A stretch of 64,000 nt of DNA, from positions 1,842 to 65,841 of the IMG/VR virus record IMGVR_UViG_3300049216_000249; one strand, written 5' to 3'. A program made the position numbers and the translations under genes. Position 1 is the first letter of the stretch. Each line of letters begins with the position of its first letter. Shown in pieces: positions 54,638 through 63,091 of the stretch. This DNA comes from a virus (lineage: Duplodnaviria > Caudoviricetes). The notes beneath the pieces were generated by a model, which was given only the letters and a program-made list of their open reading frames with translations, ran no database searches and was not told the origin of the DNA.

Positions 54638-56019
54638 CCCTGTCGGTTGGATCGGTTTGCTCTGGTATCGGTGCGCCGGAATGCGCCTGGCTTGATCTTG
54701 GGTGGCGCTTTGCCTGGCAGGCTGAGATTGAGGACGCGCCCTCTGCCATTCTGCGGTTCCACATGCCGAACGTCCCCAACCTTGGCGACATGACTACGAT
54801 CGCCGATCGTGTGCGGGCGGGCGAGATCGAAGCGCCCGATGTGCTGGTTGGGGGCACACCCTGCCAATCGTTTTCCGTGGCCGGGCTCCGTGGCGGCATT
54901 GGCGATGCCCGCGGCAATCTCGCCCTCTCCTTCGTGGACCTCGCCAATGCAATCGACGCTGTTCGACGTGATGCTGGACGCCCTCCTTGCTGGGTCCTCT
55001 GGGAAAACGTCCCCGGTGTCTTTAGCGACGACGAAAATGCCTTCGGTGCCATCATGGGAGGACTGGTCGGCAGTCCACGCGCCGTCCCGGCTCGATCGGA
55101 CGGAGGATGGGATAGTGCAGGTGTGGTCAATGGACCAGACCGGTGTGCCGCTTGGCGCGTCTTGGACGCCAAGCACTTCGGAGTGGCCCAGCGACGGCGC
55201 AGGGTCTTCGTGCTTGCTCGCGGAGGTGCTGTTCGATGGTCCTGTGCCAATGCGCTATTACCTCTCGTCCAAGGCGTGCGCTGGCATCCTGCTCCGCGCA
55301 AAACGTCGGAAGAAGACGCTGCCCACGCGCTTGCGGCAGGCGCTGGAGCAGGTAGCGGATCGGCCCGATACGACCCATTCTCCGAAGATTACATAGCCCA
55401 TACGTTGCGCGGTGAGGGCTTTGATGCATCCGAAGATGGGACGGGACGCGGCACCCCGATAGTGCCGGTTATCGCCAATCCTCTGGGCGCTAAGAAGGAC
55501 GGCGGCTGGCGAGGCGATCTGGACAACGATACGTTCATTCCCATCGCTTATGCGGACCGAGGCATGTCGGATTTTGGGGAGGGCATCGGGACCGTCCGAG
55601 CCAAAGGCGGAGATGCAGGGGGCGGATCAGAAACCCTAATAGCCTTCAACTCCCGCGAAGACCCGTCGGTCACGGGGAACTGCGCGGGCTCCCTTGGTGC
55701 GAGCCATCCGCAGGCCCAGGCGATTGCCTTTCAATCCAGCCAAAGCGGTGTCCGGATAGGCGACACACATGCCACCCTGGACGCAAACAATGGAAGTCGG
55801 CGGCATAACGGGATCGTCGATGGATATGCAGTTCGGCGCTTGATGCCGATTGAGTGCGAGCGCCTTCAGGGCTTTCCAGACGGGTGGACCGAGGTGCCGC
55901 GACCTGGTGGCAACGCCGTGTTAGCTGACGGGCACCGATATAAGGCCCTGGGCAACAGCATGGCCGTTCCGGTCCTCCGCTACATTGGCGAGCGTATCGC
56001 TGCGCAGGTGGCGGCATGA
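54634..56019 (+). CDS. DNA cytosine-5 methyltransferase
   Basis: SVCSGIG, GGTPCQSFS, WENVPG, QRRRRVF, RRLMPIECERLQGFPD, YKALGNS. Confidence 0.93.
   Translation: MTLSVGSVCSGIGAPECAWLDLGWRFAWQAEIEDAPSAILRFHMPNVPNLGDMTTIADRVRAGEIEAPDVLVGGTPCQSFSVAGLRGGIGDARGNLALSFVDLANAIDAVRRDAGRPPCWVLWENVPGVFSDDENAFGAIMGGLVGSPRAVPARSDGGWDSAGVVNGPDRCAAWRVLDAKHFGVAQRRRRVFVLARGGAVRWSCANALLPLVQGVRWHPAPRKTSEEDAAHALAAGAGAGSGSARYDPFSEDYIAHTLRGEGFDASEDGTGRGTPIVPVIANPLGAKKDGGWRGDLDNDTFIPIAYADRGMSDFGEGIGTVRAKGGDAGGGSETLIAFNSREDPSVTGNCAGSLGASHPQAQAIAFQSSQSGVRIGDTHATLDANNGSRRHNGIVDGYAVRRLMPIECERLQGFPDGWTEVPRPGGNAVLADGHRYKALGNSMAVPVLRYIGERIAAQVAA
54947..55396 (+). CDS. Nested alternative-frame ORF, M.EcoHK31I beta-subunit-like
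   Basis: SEWPSDG..SCLLAEVL..PVPMRYYLSSKACAGILLRAKRRKKTLP; start may be 54905 or 54947. Confidence 0.65.
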   Translation: MQSTLFDVMLDALLAGSSGKTSPVSLATTKMPSVPSWEDWSAVHAPSRLDRTEDGIVQVWSMDQTGVPLGASWTPSTSEWPSDGAGSSCLLAEVLFDGPVPMRYYLSSKACAGILLRAKRRKKTLPTRLRQALEQVADRPDTTHSPKIT

Positions 56020-56219
56020 ACCACGCGGTCCGCTGGATCGGAACGGCCGCCACTCCCGCGCTGGCGATGCCATGTCCCACCTGCAACGTGACGATCGGCG
56101 AGGCGTGCACGGGCAAGACGTTCCCGCTGCCGCACCGCTCACGGGACGAGATCGCCGAGGTTTATGGCTTCGTGGCCGTCAAGCCGCCGGGCGGTATGTT
56201 CAAGGCCCCAGACCAATGA
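56016..56219 (+). CDS. Small zinc-finger protein
   Basis: CPTC...C...PHRSR. Confidence 0.7.
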   Translation: MNHAVRWIGTAATPALAMPCPTCNVTIGEACTGKTFPLPHRSRDEIAEVYGFVAVKPPGGMFKAPDQ

Positions 56220-56608
56220 CCCTGCGGCGCATCTCCGGCCAAACCTTCGAAGTCGTCTCGGTCGGCACCATGGCACGCTGGGCCAAATCCAACGGCATCA
56301 AGAAGCGCGGTGCTGGGTGGGTTCAGGCCATCAACGACGCCCGCCGCGCCCTGGACCTCCATCCGTTCAAGGTCGACCCACGGATGCGGGACACGCCGGA
56401 CGGTGACATGGCCAGACCGCGCCCCCCTGAGATCGTCAGCGTCATGATCGATGCGCGGGACAAGGCTGTGTTGGCCAACGCCATCATGGACGCGGCCAAG
56501 GAGGCGCAGGACGAGGCGCGGCGGCTGGATACCGAGGGCGAGAAAATCGTGTTGCGGCAGCAGTCGATCCGGTTGCGGGCGCTCATCGGCCAGTTGGTGC
56601 CGGCGTGA
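56216..56608 (+). CDS. Hypothetical protein
   Basis: ATGA coupling; MTLRRISGQTF... Confidence 0.7.
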   Translation: MTLRRISGQTFEVVSVGTMARWAKSNGIKKRGAGWVQAINDARRALDLHPFKVDPRMRDTPDGDMARPRPPEIVSVMIDARDKAVLANAIMDAAKEAQDEARRLDTEGEKIVLRQQSIRLRALIGQLVPA

Positions 56609-56925
56609 TGCCTGTCCGCATCCAGAGGTCCCGCGCGAAGGGATGGCGCAAGCCCGAGGGCGCGGTGGACGTCAGCCGCGGCAGCCGGTGGGGCAACCCG
56701 TTCACGGTGGCCGAGCATGGCCGAACCGAGGCGGTGCGGCTGTTCTGCGAGGCGCTTGAGTCCCCGCTGTTCTGCGGCCGGGCCATCCTGAAGTTCGACA
56801 TCAACGAGGTGCAGCACCACCTGCGCGGCAAGACGCTGATGTGCTGGTGCCGGGTCGGGCAGGCATGCCATGCCGACGTCCTGCTGGAAGCGGCCAACCG
56901 GCCAGACCCGGAGGCCGCCATCTGA
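56605..56925 (+). CDS. DUF4326 family protein
   Basis: RGSRWGNPF, LRGKTLMCWC, CHADVL. Confidence 0.88.
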   Translation: MMPVRIQRSRAKGWRKPEGAVDVSRGSRWGNPFTVAEHGRTEAVRLFCEALESPLFCGRAILKFDINEVQHHLRGKTLMCWCRVGQACHADVLLEAANRPDPEAAI

Positions 56926-57128
56926 TGGCCTGGCCCCCTGCAGTACCGGCGGCGGCGGCAATCGACATTGCCCAGATCGATCAAGAATTGGATCGCCGAT
57001 GTCCCGGCTGGCGCGATCGCTTGGCGTTCTGCCAGGCATCCAGATGCCCCGGCCGTATTGAAGTCGATGACGAGGCCATCGGCACATGCCCATGGGAGGC
57101 GTGCGAAATGGGGCGTTGGCTAACATGA
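56925..57128 (+). CDS. Small Cys-rich protein
   Basis: TGATG coupling; CQASRCP...CPWEAC. Confidence 0.55.
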   Translation: MAWPPAVPAAAAIDIAQIDQELDRRCPGWRDRLAFCQASRCPGRIEVDDEAIGTCPWEACEMGRWLT

Positions 57129-57547
57129 GCAGCACCAAGAAGCCCATCGCCGTCGATGTCCGGTGCGACTATTGCGGCAAGCCCGCGACGTTCCACCCCA
57201 ACAGCAGCATCGTCTACGCCGCGGATTACGGACCGATCTGGGCCTGCCTGCCATGCAAGGCCTGGGTAGGCTGCCACCCAAACGATACCCCACTGGGACG
57301 GCTTGCTACGAAGGCGCTGCGGGTCGCCAAGGTGCAGGCGCACGCCGCGTTCGATCCCCTCTGGAAGGGCAAGATGCGCCGCGATGGCTGCAGCAAGGGG
57401 AAGGCCCGGGCGTCCGGCTACAAATGGTTGGCCGCGCAACTCGGGATCGACCCGGCCGACTGCCACATCGGGATGATGGACGAGGCCATGTGCGCCCGTG
57501 TCGTCGCGGTCTGCAAGGATCGTCCGCGTAGCAAGGAAAGCGCCTGA
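57125..57547 (+). CDS. Zinc-finger protein (DUF3268-like)
   Basis: CDYCG, C..C.AWVGCH, PLGRLA, HAAFDPLW, CHIGM. Confidence 0.85.
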   Translation: MSSTKKPIAVDVRCDYCGKPATFHPNSSIVYAADYGPIWACLPCKAWVGCHPNDTPLGRLATKALRVAKVQAHAAFDPLWKGKMRRDGCSKGKARASGYKWLAAQLGIDPADCHIGMMDEAMCARVVAVCKDRPRSKESA

Positions 57548-57873
57548 TGCCCATCAGCAAAGAGAACCGTCGCCGCTACCCGCGTGAATGGCCGCTGATC
57601 AGCCTGTCAATCCGCCACCATGCCGGATGGCGCTGCCAGTGGTGCGAGGCCAAGAACGGCAAGCCTCACCCGGTCACCGGATCAATCGTGGTTCTTACGG
57701 TCGCCCACATCAATAATCCCGCGCCGGAACGCATCGAGCCTGACAATCTGAGGGCACTTTGCCAACGGTGTCATCTCAACCACGACCGCAAGCAGCACAC
57801 CGCAGTGCAGGCGGCAAACCGCCGGGCCCGGTTGCGCACGATCGAGCTTTTCATGGAGATCCCCGATGCCTGA
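57547..57873 (+). CDS. HNH endonuclease-like protein
   Basis: CQWC, LTVAH, NLRALCQRCHLNHD. Confidence 0.85.
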   Translation: MPISKENRRRYPREWPLISLSIRHHAGWRCQWCEAKNGKPHPVTGSIVVLTVAHINNPAPERIEPDNLRALCQRCHLNHDRKQHTAVQAANRRARLRTIELFMEIPDA

Positions 57874-58210
57874 CGAAGCCCAAACGCCCGAGCTGATCGC
57901 CGAGGAAAATGCAGCGCTGATCCGAGATACCATCCGGCGGTTCGTGGATGAGGTGGAAGCAATCGTAGACCGGTTGATGCCAGAACTTGAGATTGCCACG
58001 GCTGCTTTCATTGCGCGGATACGTGCAAATAAGGAATTGCGCGAAGTGATCATCATCGACGGTTCATCGGACATGAAAATGCGCGATATGGTTGGTCATT
58101 TCCACCGCATACCCGATGTCAAGCCTGAGCCGTTGCCCCTACGGGAGCCAGAGAACTGGCAGGACCGGAACAAGGCCCAGCAGCGGCGTGCGCTCAAGGG
58201 TGGCCGGTGA
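57866..58210 (+). CDS. Hypothetical protein
   Basis: Coupled ORF within the operon. Confidence 0.7.
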   Translation: MPDEAQTPELIAEENAALIRDTIRRFVDEVEAIVDRLMPELEIATAAFIARIRANKELREVIIIDGSSDMKMRDMVGHFHRIPDVKPEPLPLREPENWQDRNKAQQRRALKGGR

Positions 58211-58443
58211 TGGCTAGCGAAGGAAGAACGGCGGACTGGCTTGAGGCCACCACGCCAGTAGGCCGAGCTTTGGAACTGGCACACCGCTATGGCCAAATTG
58301 ATGGGGGTCATCACAAGGCTTGGGTAATAGACCAGATGGTGCGGGCTTTGACAGGTGACGGGTATGCCGAGTGGATTGCCAAAAGCAAAGCCGGGGACGA
58401 CGGGCCCAATACCTATGGCTGGGACGAGGGGATATGCCCATGA
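58210..58443 (+). CDS. Conserved-looking phage protein
   Basis: YGQIDGGHHKAWVIDQMVRAL...WDEGICP. Confidence 0.75.
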   Translation: MASEGRTADWLEATTPVGRALELAHRYGQIDGGHHKAWVIDQMVRALTGDGYAEWIAKSKAGDDGPNTYGWDEGICP

Positions 58444-58676
58444 ATCGCCGGGCGATAAGGGCCCTGACGCCCGCCCTGGTGCCGGAACTGACAGAATTGG
58501 AGCGCATCAATCGGCTTCGGGATGAACTTCGGCTGCTGGAACCCTACCGATCGACCGATGGCCTGGTGAAGCTGCGGGACCGGTGTAAGGAATTGAACGA
58601 CGCCATCAATCGGTTGACGGGTCTTCCGCTGGACGAACCGGGGCGCAAGGAAGCAATGCGGAAGCGGCTTCGGTGA
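58440..58676 (+). CDS. Hypothetical coiled-coil protein
   Basis: ATGA coupling. Confidence 0.65.
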   Translation: MNRRAIRALTPALVPELTELERINRLRDELRLLEPYRSTDGLVKLRDRCKELNDAINRLTGLPLDEPGRKEAMRKRLR

Positions 58677-58942
58677 AACGGGCGGCCCAGACCATCCGCT
58701 ACCGCTGCCCGGCGGCCCACGGCGCGCCCATGCCCGGCCATATCATCATGGGCACCGGCCCGCGCGTCCGACGCGCGTATCGGGTGCTGGCGTGCCAGAA
58801 GGCGAAGTCCACCCCGGCGCTAGGCGTCAGCACCTGGCGGATCACGGTCGAGTCCATGTCGGCGGCGGCAGGCCGGGCGGAGATCGAAGCCGGTTGCCCG
58901 GCTTGGCACATCCAGTGGGATAGGCGTAGGCGGCGCGGATAG
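58673..58942 (+). CDS. Hypothetical basic protein
   Basis: GTGA coupling; last gene of the operon. Confidence 0.65.
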   Translation: MKRAAQTIRYRCPAAHGAPMPGHIIMGTGPRVRRAYRVLACQKAKSTPALGVSTWRITVESMSAAAGRAEIEAGCPAWHIQWDRRRRRG

Positions 58943-58961
58943 CATTGGTTCTGCCGCTTGG

Positions 58962-59017
58962 TTGACGGAAAGAAGGCTTCCCGCACACTCCCCTCTCGAT
59001 GCCTCGTCGAGAAGGGA
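58962..59017 (+). promoter_or_regulatory. Promoter and SD-sequestering hairpin of the MuF paralog
   Basis: TTGACG-N16-CACACT; CCCT-CTCGA...TCGAG-AAGGG stem includes the SD. Confidence 0.55.
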
Positions 59018-59025
59018 ACGCCAAA

Positions 59026-59475
59026 ATGCCGCGCCCAACCATTCCACAGATACGCAAGTCGTCCGCGCTTGCGGCAAAGATGCACCATGACCGAGCCATG
59101 GAAGGTAATGCCATAGCCGCTATCTGGAAATATAGGGACATCTGTTTCGAAGCGGATAATGGCGACCCTCACCGCGAATTAGACGGTATCTTCTATGCCA
59201 TCAAGGGAAACTGGGCGATTCAGAAGGGGCTTATGCATCCAGGCCGGAACGTCTTCTTGGATGACATCGAAACCGATTGGGCATCTGGATGCGGATGCCA
59301 CCTACAACACATTTTCGCCCTACGCGCGCTGCCGTCAGCCATGATCACTGAACGCGGCGCGGCGAAGATGATCGAGTCACGCAAAAAGGTCGATGCGATG
59401 CTTGCCTCCACCGGCGAGACACCGACTGAACGCGCAGCAACACCCGAGAAGCGTCCGTTTTGGAAATTCTGGTAG
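59026..59475 (+). CDS. Stand-alone paralog of the MuF C-terminal domain with WKFW tail
   Basis: AIAAIWK...HRELDGIFYAIKGNWAIQKGLM...FLDDI...CGC...ALRALPSAMIT aligns with 45013-45858. Confidence 0.85.
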   Translation: MPRPTIPQIRKSSALAAKMHHDRAMEGNAIAAIWKYRDICFEADNGDPHRELDGIFYAIKGNWAIQKGLMHPGRNVFLDDIETDWASGCGCHLQHIFALRALPSAMITERGAAKMIESRKKVDAMLASTGETPTERAATPEKRPFWKFW

Positions 59476-59527
59476 CGAAGGTGCCGGGCGTCCACACAGC
59501 TGCCGTGCCGCCGCAATCGCTTCGGGA

Positions 59528-59998
59528 TCAGCCATTGGCGCCGTTCTCCGGCATGAGCCCGGCGCCCCGCAGGACCGAGTGCGGCACACGCATGCCCAGC
59601 CTCATATGCAGCGACTTCGCCAGCACGAAATCGGCCGGCTCCAGATATGCCGGGGTCAAGTCTTCCACTGCGTTAAACCACTAACGTATGCGGTCTAGAT
59701 CGTGGTCGGTGAGATCCACAGCAGCCTCGGTCTTGGCCTTCGCCATGGTGTCATGCAGGTCGACGAGCGCGCCAACAACGGCGGCCACCTGGTCGGTCGG
59801 CACCACGTTCCAATCCTCCGGTGGGTTCGCCGCCAGAGCCGCCATCTGCCCAACCCACGCAGCGATCCCGGCGGGCACCGGCTCGTTTCCACCAGACCAG
59901 CGCCGGGGATTGCGGCTGTCGACGTTCAGGGCCGCCGCTAGGGTGCGTGGCGTCCAGCCGAGAATGTCCAGGGCCGCATTCAGTTCGTCGGCTGTCAT
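59528..59998 (-). pseudogene. HTH protein with an in-frame amber stop at 59681-59683
   Basis: N-terminal HTH (LGWTPRTLAAALNVDSRNPRRW); the frame continues 50 codons past the TAG. Confidence 0.6.
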
Positions 59999-60246
59999 GG
60001 TGTGTCCTGTTCGTCGCGCATTCGTCCCAACATGGCCGCGCCAAATGGCGTCTTAGCTTCCATCGTGACGTTCACCATAAGGGGATCGGGAAAATAAGTG
60101 ATATTGACGTCGATGGTGATGTGGTCAGTCGAATTGAAAGAGATGCTGGACAGCGACGCATTCGCGCGCTGTGTGAGCCAAGCGATCCCCTCGTCGTTAT
60201 ATTTGAGGCCGCCATCTGGTGGTGGATCGATATCTTCTGTCGTCAT
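59995..60246 (-). CDS. Hypothetical protein
   Basis: MTTEDIDPPP..., ATGA couplings. Confidence 0.65.
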   Translation of the reverse strand: MTTEDIDPPPDGGLKYNDEGIAWLTQRANASLSSISFNSTDHITIDVNITYFPDPLMVNVTMEAKTPFGAAMLGRMRDEQDTP

Positions 60247-60599
60247 GCTTCCTTCTCCGGCCGTTGGTCTGGGTGCCTCTCGTAATAGGCCCATAGCAGT
60301 TTTCTCGCTGCCGGTTGGTCATCGCATTCCACGCCGTCGACGCGGTAGCGCCAAGCGCCTCTCGACCCGGTGCGCTGCAAAGGAGGGTGCGTCATGCTTT
60401 GCTCCCAGTGGACACCCGGCCCCTTTGGCTCGGTCACGGTCCACCAATGGGAAGGACGATCTTGGCGTGATGGCGTATCCATTGCCCCGGCCGATTGCCG
60501 CCCAAGCCTATAGGCCGCCCCCAGCATGTGCATCAGGACATTGTTGGCGACATGGCCGTGCTGATGAATGATGGCCTCAAACTCGCGTTCGGGTGTCAT
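60243..60599 (-). CDS. Hypothetical protein
   Basis: SD GGAG; coupled downstream. Confidence 0.65.
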   Translation of the reverse strand: MTPEREFEAIIHQHGHVANNVLMHMLGAAYRLGRQSAGAMDTPSRQDRPSHWWTVTEPKGPGVHWEQSMTHPPLQRTGSRGAWRYRVDGVECDDQPAARKLLWAYYERHPDQRPEKEA

Positions 60600-60699
60600 A
60601 GGGGATCTCCCACATTCGGGCCGGGGCCAACCCCTGGCGCCCGGTCACAGTGCACGGCAGAAACTGGCGGCGCAAGAGGCGTCGTGACGGGCGCGAGGG

Positions 60700-61254
60700 T
60701 CATGGCCTGAACTCCACCAGCGGCAGATCGTAGGCGATCCGGCTGCTATGCTTAGGCCAGCCGGATTTCGTCAGTCCGAGGCACATCATCTTACGCCCGT
60801 CAGCCTTGAGCAGGCGGACCAGCGTGCGAGCATGCGGCATCAGGACTTCCGGCGGATCACCGCACGCCATGACGATCAAGGCTGCATAGGCGGCCAGCAC
60901 GCGGATTTTCTGGTGGTTGTCGGGATGATTTACCGTCACCCCCGGCGCGCACATTCCCGCCGGATCAGTGCTGGCATAGCTACCGGCATTCACCTTATAG
61001 AGGCGACCAAATCCCCAGCGCGTGGCGTAGCCCCAATCTTTGCGCACTGTCAGGTCGTCGCTGTCCACGCCTGCTGTGCTTGGGTTCATGCCGCAGCACA
61101 GGACGTATGGCGCACCGGGCGCACTGTCAGACAGGTGGCGTTCGAGCCATAGCCGGTGTTCGTGCCGATCGCCGACGAACAGAGCGTCGCCGGATACGCC
61201 GGGGAGCAGGGGCAAGCGGGTTTTGCCTCCCGCGTCGTGCCGAACGTCGCTCAT
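60700..61254 (-). CDS. DUF1643 family protein
   Basis: HRLWLER, GMNPSTA..DDLTV, TDP, CLGLTKSGWPKH. Confidence 0.85.
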   Translation of the reverse strand: MSDVRHDAGGKTRLPLLPGVSGDALFVGDRHEHRLWLERHLSDSAPGAPYVLCCGMNPSTAGVDSDDLTVRKDWGYATRWGFGRLYKVNAGSYASTDPAGMCAPGVTVNHPDNHQKIRVLAAYAALIVMACGDPPEVLMPHARTLVRLLKADGRKMMCLGLTKSGWPKHSSRIAYDLPLVEFRP

Positions 61255-61472
61255 TGGTCATACCCCTCACGCCACCAATTCCACTTGTCAGTTCCGCGTG
61301 GATGCGGGTTTGCCGTTATCGCCATGCCCGACAGATAGGCGCGGCGACCAGCCATAAGCTCCATATCGTATTGGGCAAATTCATCCGCCTTTAGTTCCTG
61401 GTTTTTGCCGGTGTTTTTGCACCAATCGCACCCACCGCCTCGGCAGCGCGGACAATCCATATCAAGAGCCAT
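61251..61472 (-). CDS. Zn-ribbon plus RMF-like small protein
   Basis: CPRCRGGGCDWC; GRRAYLSG...NPHP...WWREGY. Confidence 0.65.
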   Translation of the reverse strand: MALDMDCPRCRGGGCDWCKNTGKNQELKADEFAQYDMELMAGRRAYLSGMAITANPHPRGTDKWNWWREGYDQ

Positions 61473-61879
61473 CACGCCCCTCCGCCCGCGTCTGAGAGCA
61501 AATCGCCATGGCCCGGCCATTCGCCCGGTGCATCGAAATTCGGCGTGAAGAACCCCAGCGCCCCGCGGCATGGCCGAAACGGCAGCGGCCGAGCATTCTG
61601 CAGCACGAAGCCATACCGCCCGAAAAACCAGAGTGATGCGCTGACTGTGACGCAATCCACAATCTCGGCCACACCGACGATTCCGCCCACATCTAGATCG
61701 TCAGGAAGCGATATGTCCAACCCAGGGAAATCGCCGCGATCAAAATCCCGATCGAACTTCTTCCCCGCGTGGATCAGCACTGGGCCGCGATATCGGGTCG
61801 GCCATGACCGGTTTTCGACGTCCTTTTGGCCGGATACGATCAGGTGTGCCCATGGCTGCATGATGGATAGCGCTTTCAT
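61472..61879 (-). CDS. ASCH domain protein
   Basis: KALSIMQPWA.LI..G.KDVENRSW...YRGPVLIHA. Confidence 0.92.
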   Translation of the reverse strand: MKALSIMQPWAHLIVSGQKDVENRSWPTRYRGPVLIHAGKKFDRDFDRGDFPGLDISLPDDLDVGGIVGVAEIVDCVTVSASLWFFGRYGFVLQNARPLPFRPCRGALGFFTPNFDAPGEWPGHGDLLSDAGGGA

Positions 61880-62148
61880 CCTGCCTTTCCGCCCGCGTCT
61901 GATCGGGTGACTGCATCGGCAACGCCAATCGTGTGGACCTTGAACCCCTTCTCCTGCATGCCCTGCCAAATCTGGCGAACCACGTAACTGCTGGGGTCAA
62001 GCCATTTTGCCGAGCCGAAAACATGCTCTGGCAACCATGACCGGATCATCCAGCACTTCGCGTGGCCCTGGCTGAAGATGTTGATGCTATTGTCATCGAC
62101 CTTTCCATCCGGCCAGGTGACGAAGTGGATGCTCTTGCCTTCAGCCAT
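61876..62148 (-). CDS. Hypothetical protein
   Basis: MAEGKSIHFVTW..., coupled. Confidence 0.65.
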   Translation of the reverse strand: MAEGKSIHFVTWPDGKVDDNSINIFSQGHAKCWMIRSWLPEHVFGSAKWLDPSSYVVRQIWQGMQEKGFKVHTIGVADAVTRSDAGGKAG

Positions 62149-62488
62149 TGGAATCTCCGCCCGCGTCTGAGGGGGTCTCCGCAACCGCCTCGGCCCGATA
62201 AGTCGGGATCGCCTCGCCGGAGCACCTCCAGCGAGATACGACGCCCGTATCCACATTGCGCACGAATATCTCGACCGTGGTTTCTTGCCGGAGCAGGTAG
62301 TGCTCTTCCTGATCGTAAATCTCAGCAGCGCGGATCGCCGCATCCTCGGCGTCGCGCGCCCTGATCTCGCCGTGATTCCAATCATCGGGACCGTGATAAT
62401 CATCGACGCGCCAATCCCAACAGGGCAAGCATTGGTGCTTGCCATAGAGGGTGAAAGTAGATTCACGGCATGTCGGGCAGTAAGACAT
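62141..62488 (-). CDS. Hypothetical protein with N-terminal Zn motif
   Basis: CPTC...HQC, ARDAEDAAIRAAE. Confidence 0.7.
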   Translation of the reverse strand: MSYCPTCRESTFTLYGKHQCLPCWDWRVDDYHGPDDWNHGEIRARDAEDAAIRAAEIYDQEEHYLLRQETTVEIFVRNVDTGVVSRWRCSGEAIPTYRAEAVAETPSDAGGDSNG

Positions 62489-62489
62489 C

Positions 62490-62718
62490 CTACCCCTCCC
62501 CACTCGCCGGCCGGGCGGCGGAGATACCCTTCGCAGCGGCAAAGTCCCGAATTCCCTGCACCCAGTCTTTGCGCCGCATGATCTTCATCAACTTGGGCTC
62601 CATTTGGACCGTGACGATCGGACAGTCAGGACGGCAACAGAACAGGTCCGCGCCGCACCCAGTGCGCCGGCAGGGTGTCGCCTCGACCGCCGCGTCAGGG
62701 GGGGGGGCTATCAGTCAA
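62490..62718 (-). pseudogene. Small Cys-rich gene out of frame at a C10 tract
   Basis: TTG ACT GAT AGC CCC CCC CCC TGA; with C9 the frame runs to the TAG at 62490. Confidence 0.45.
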
Positions 62719-62849
62719 AATGGCATGTCCTTCCCTATGTCGCGCATCCACTTGCGACGCTTCTGCCTCTCGCGGTTCATTGCCCGTTTGACCTTCCGCC
62801 AATTCGTCGGGACACCATGGCGGCAATACCACCATGAAAACCGGGGCAT
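62715..62849 (-). CDS. Small basic protein
   Basis: TGATG coupling; MPRFSWWYCRHG... Confidence 0.5.
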   Translation of the reverse strand: MPRFSWWYCRHGVPTNWRKVKRAMNRERQKRRKWMRDIGKDMPF

Positions 62850-63091
62850 CACTCGGACCCCGCCTTCGCGGCTGCCAGGGCGGCGCGGCCTAGCCAAAGT
62901 TTTACCGCAAGGTAGCTATCAACATCAGGCTTTCCACCATTCACGATCCGGCAGACAGTTGCTGGGCTAATGCCGATTAGTTCTGCGGCGGCCCGGACAG
63001 ATAAATGGCGGCGCGCCATTTTAGCTGAAAGTTTGGGGCCCATCTGCTCTTTCTCGTACAGCGCCACCCGGCCCGGCGTGAGGGCGGTCAT
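62849..63091 (-). CDS. XRE-family HTH protein
   Basis: LSVRAAAELIGISPATVCRIVNGGKPD. Confidence 0.85.
   Translation of the reverse strand: MTALTPGRVALYEKEQMGPKLSAKMARRHLSVRAAAELIGISPATVCRIVNGGKPDVDSYLAVKLWLGRAALAAAKAGSE

Noticed and set aside
57547-57873. HNH gene as a mobile intron/homing element or packaging nuclease
   Set aside because: Short, coupled within an accessory operon, interrupts no gene and is far from the terminase
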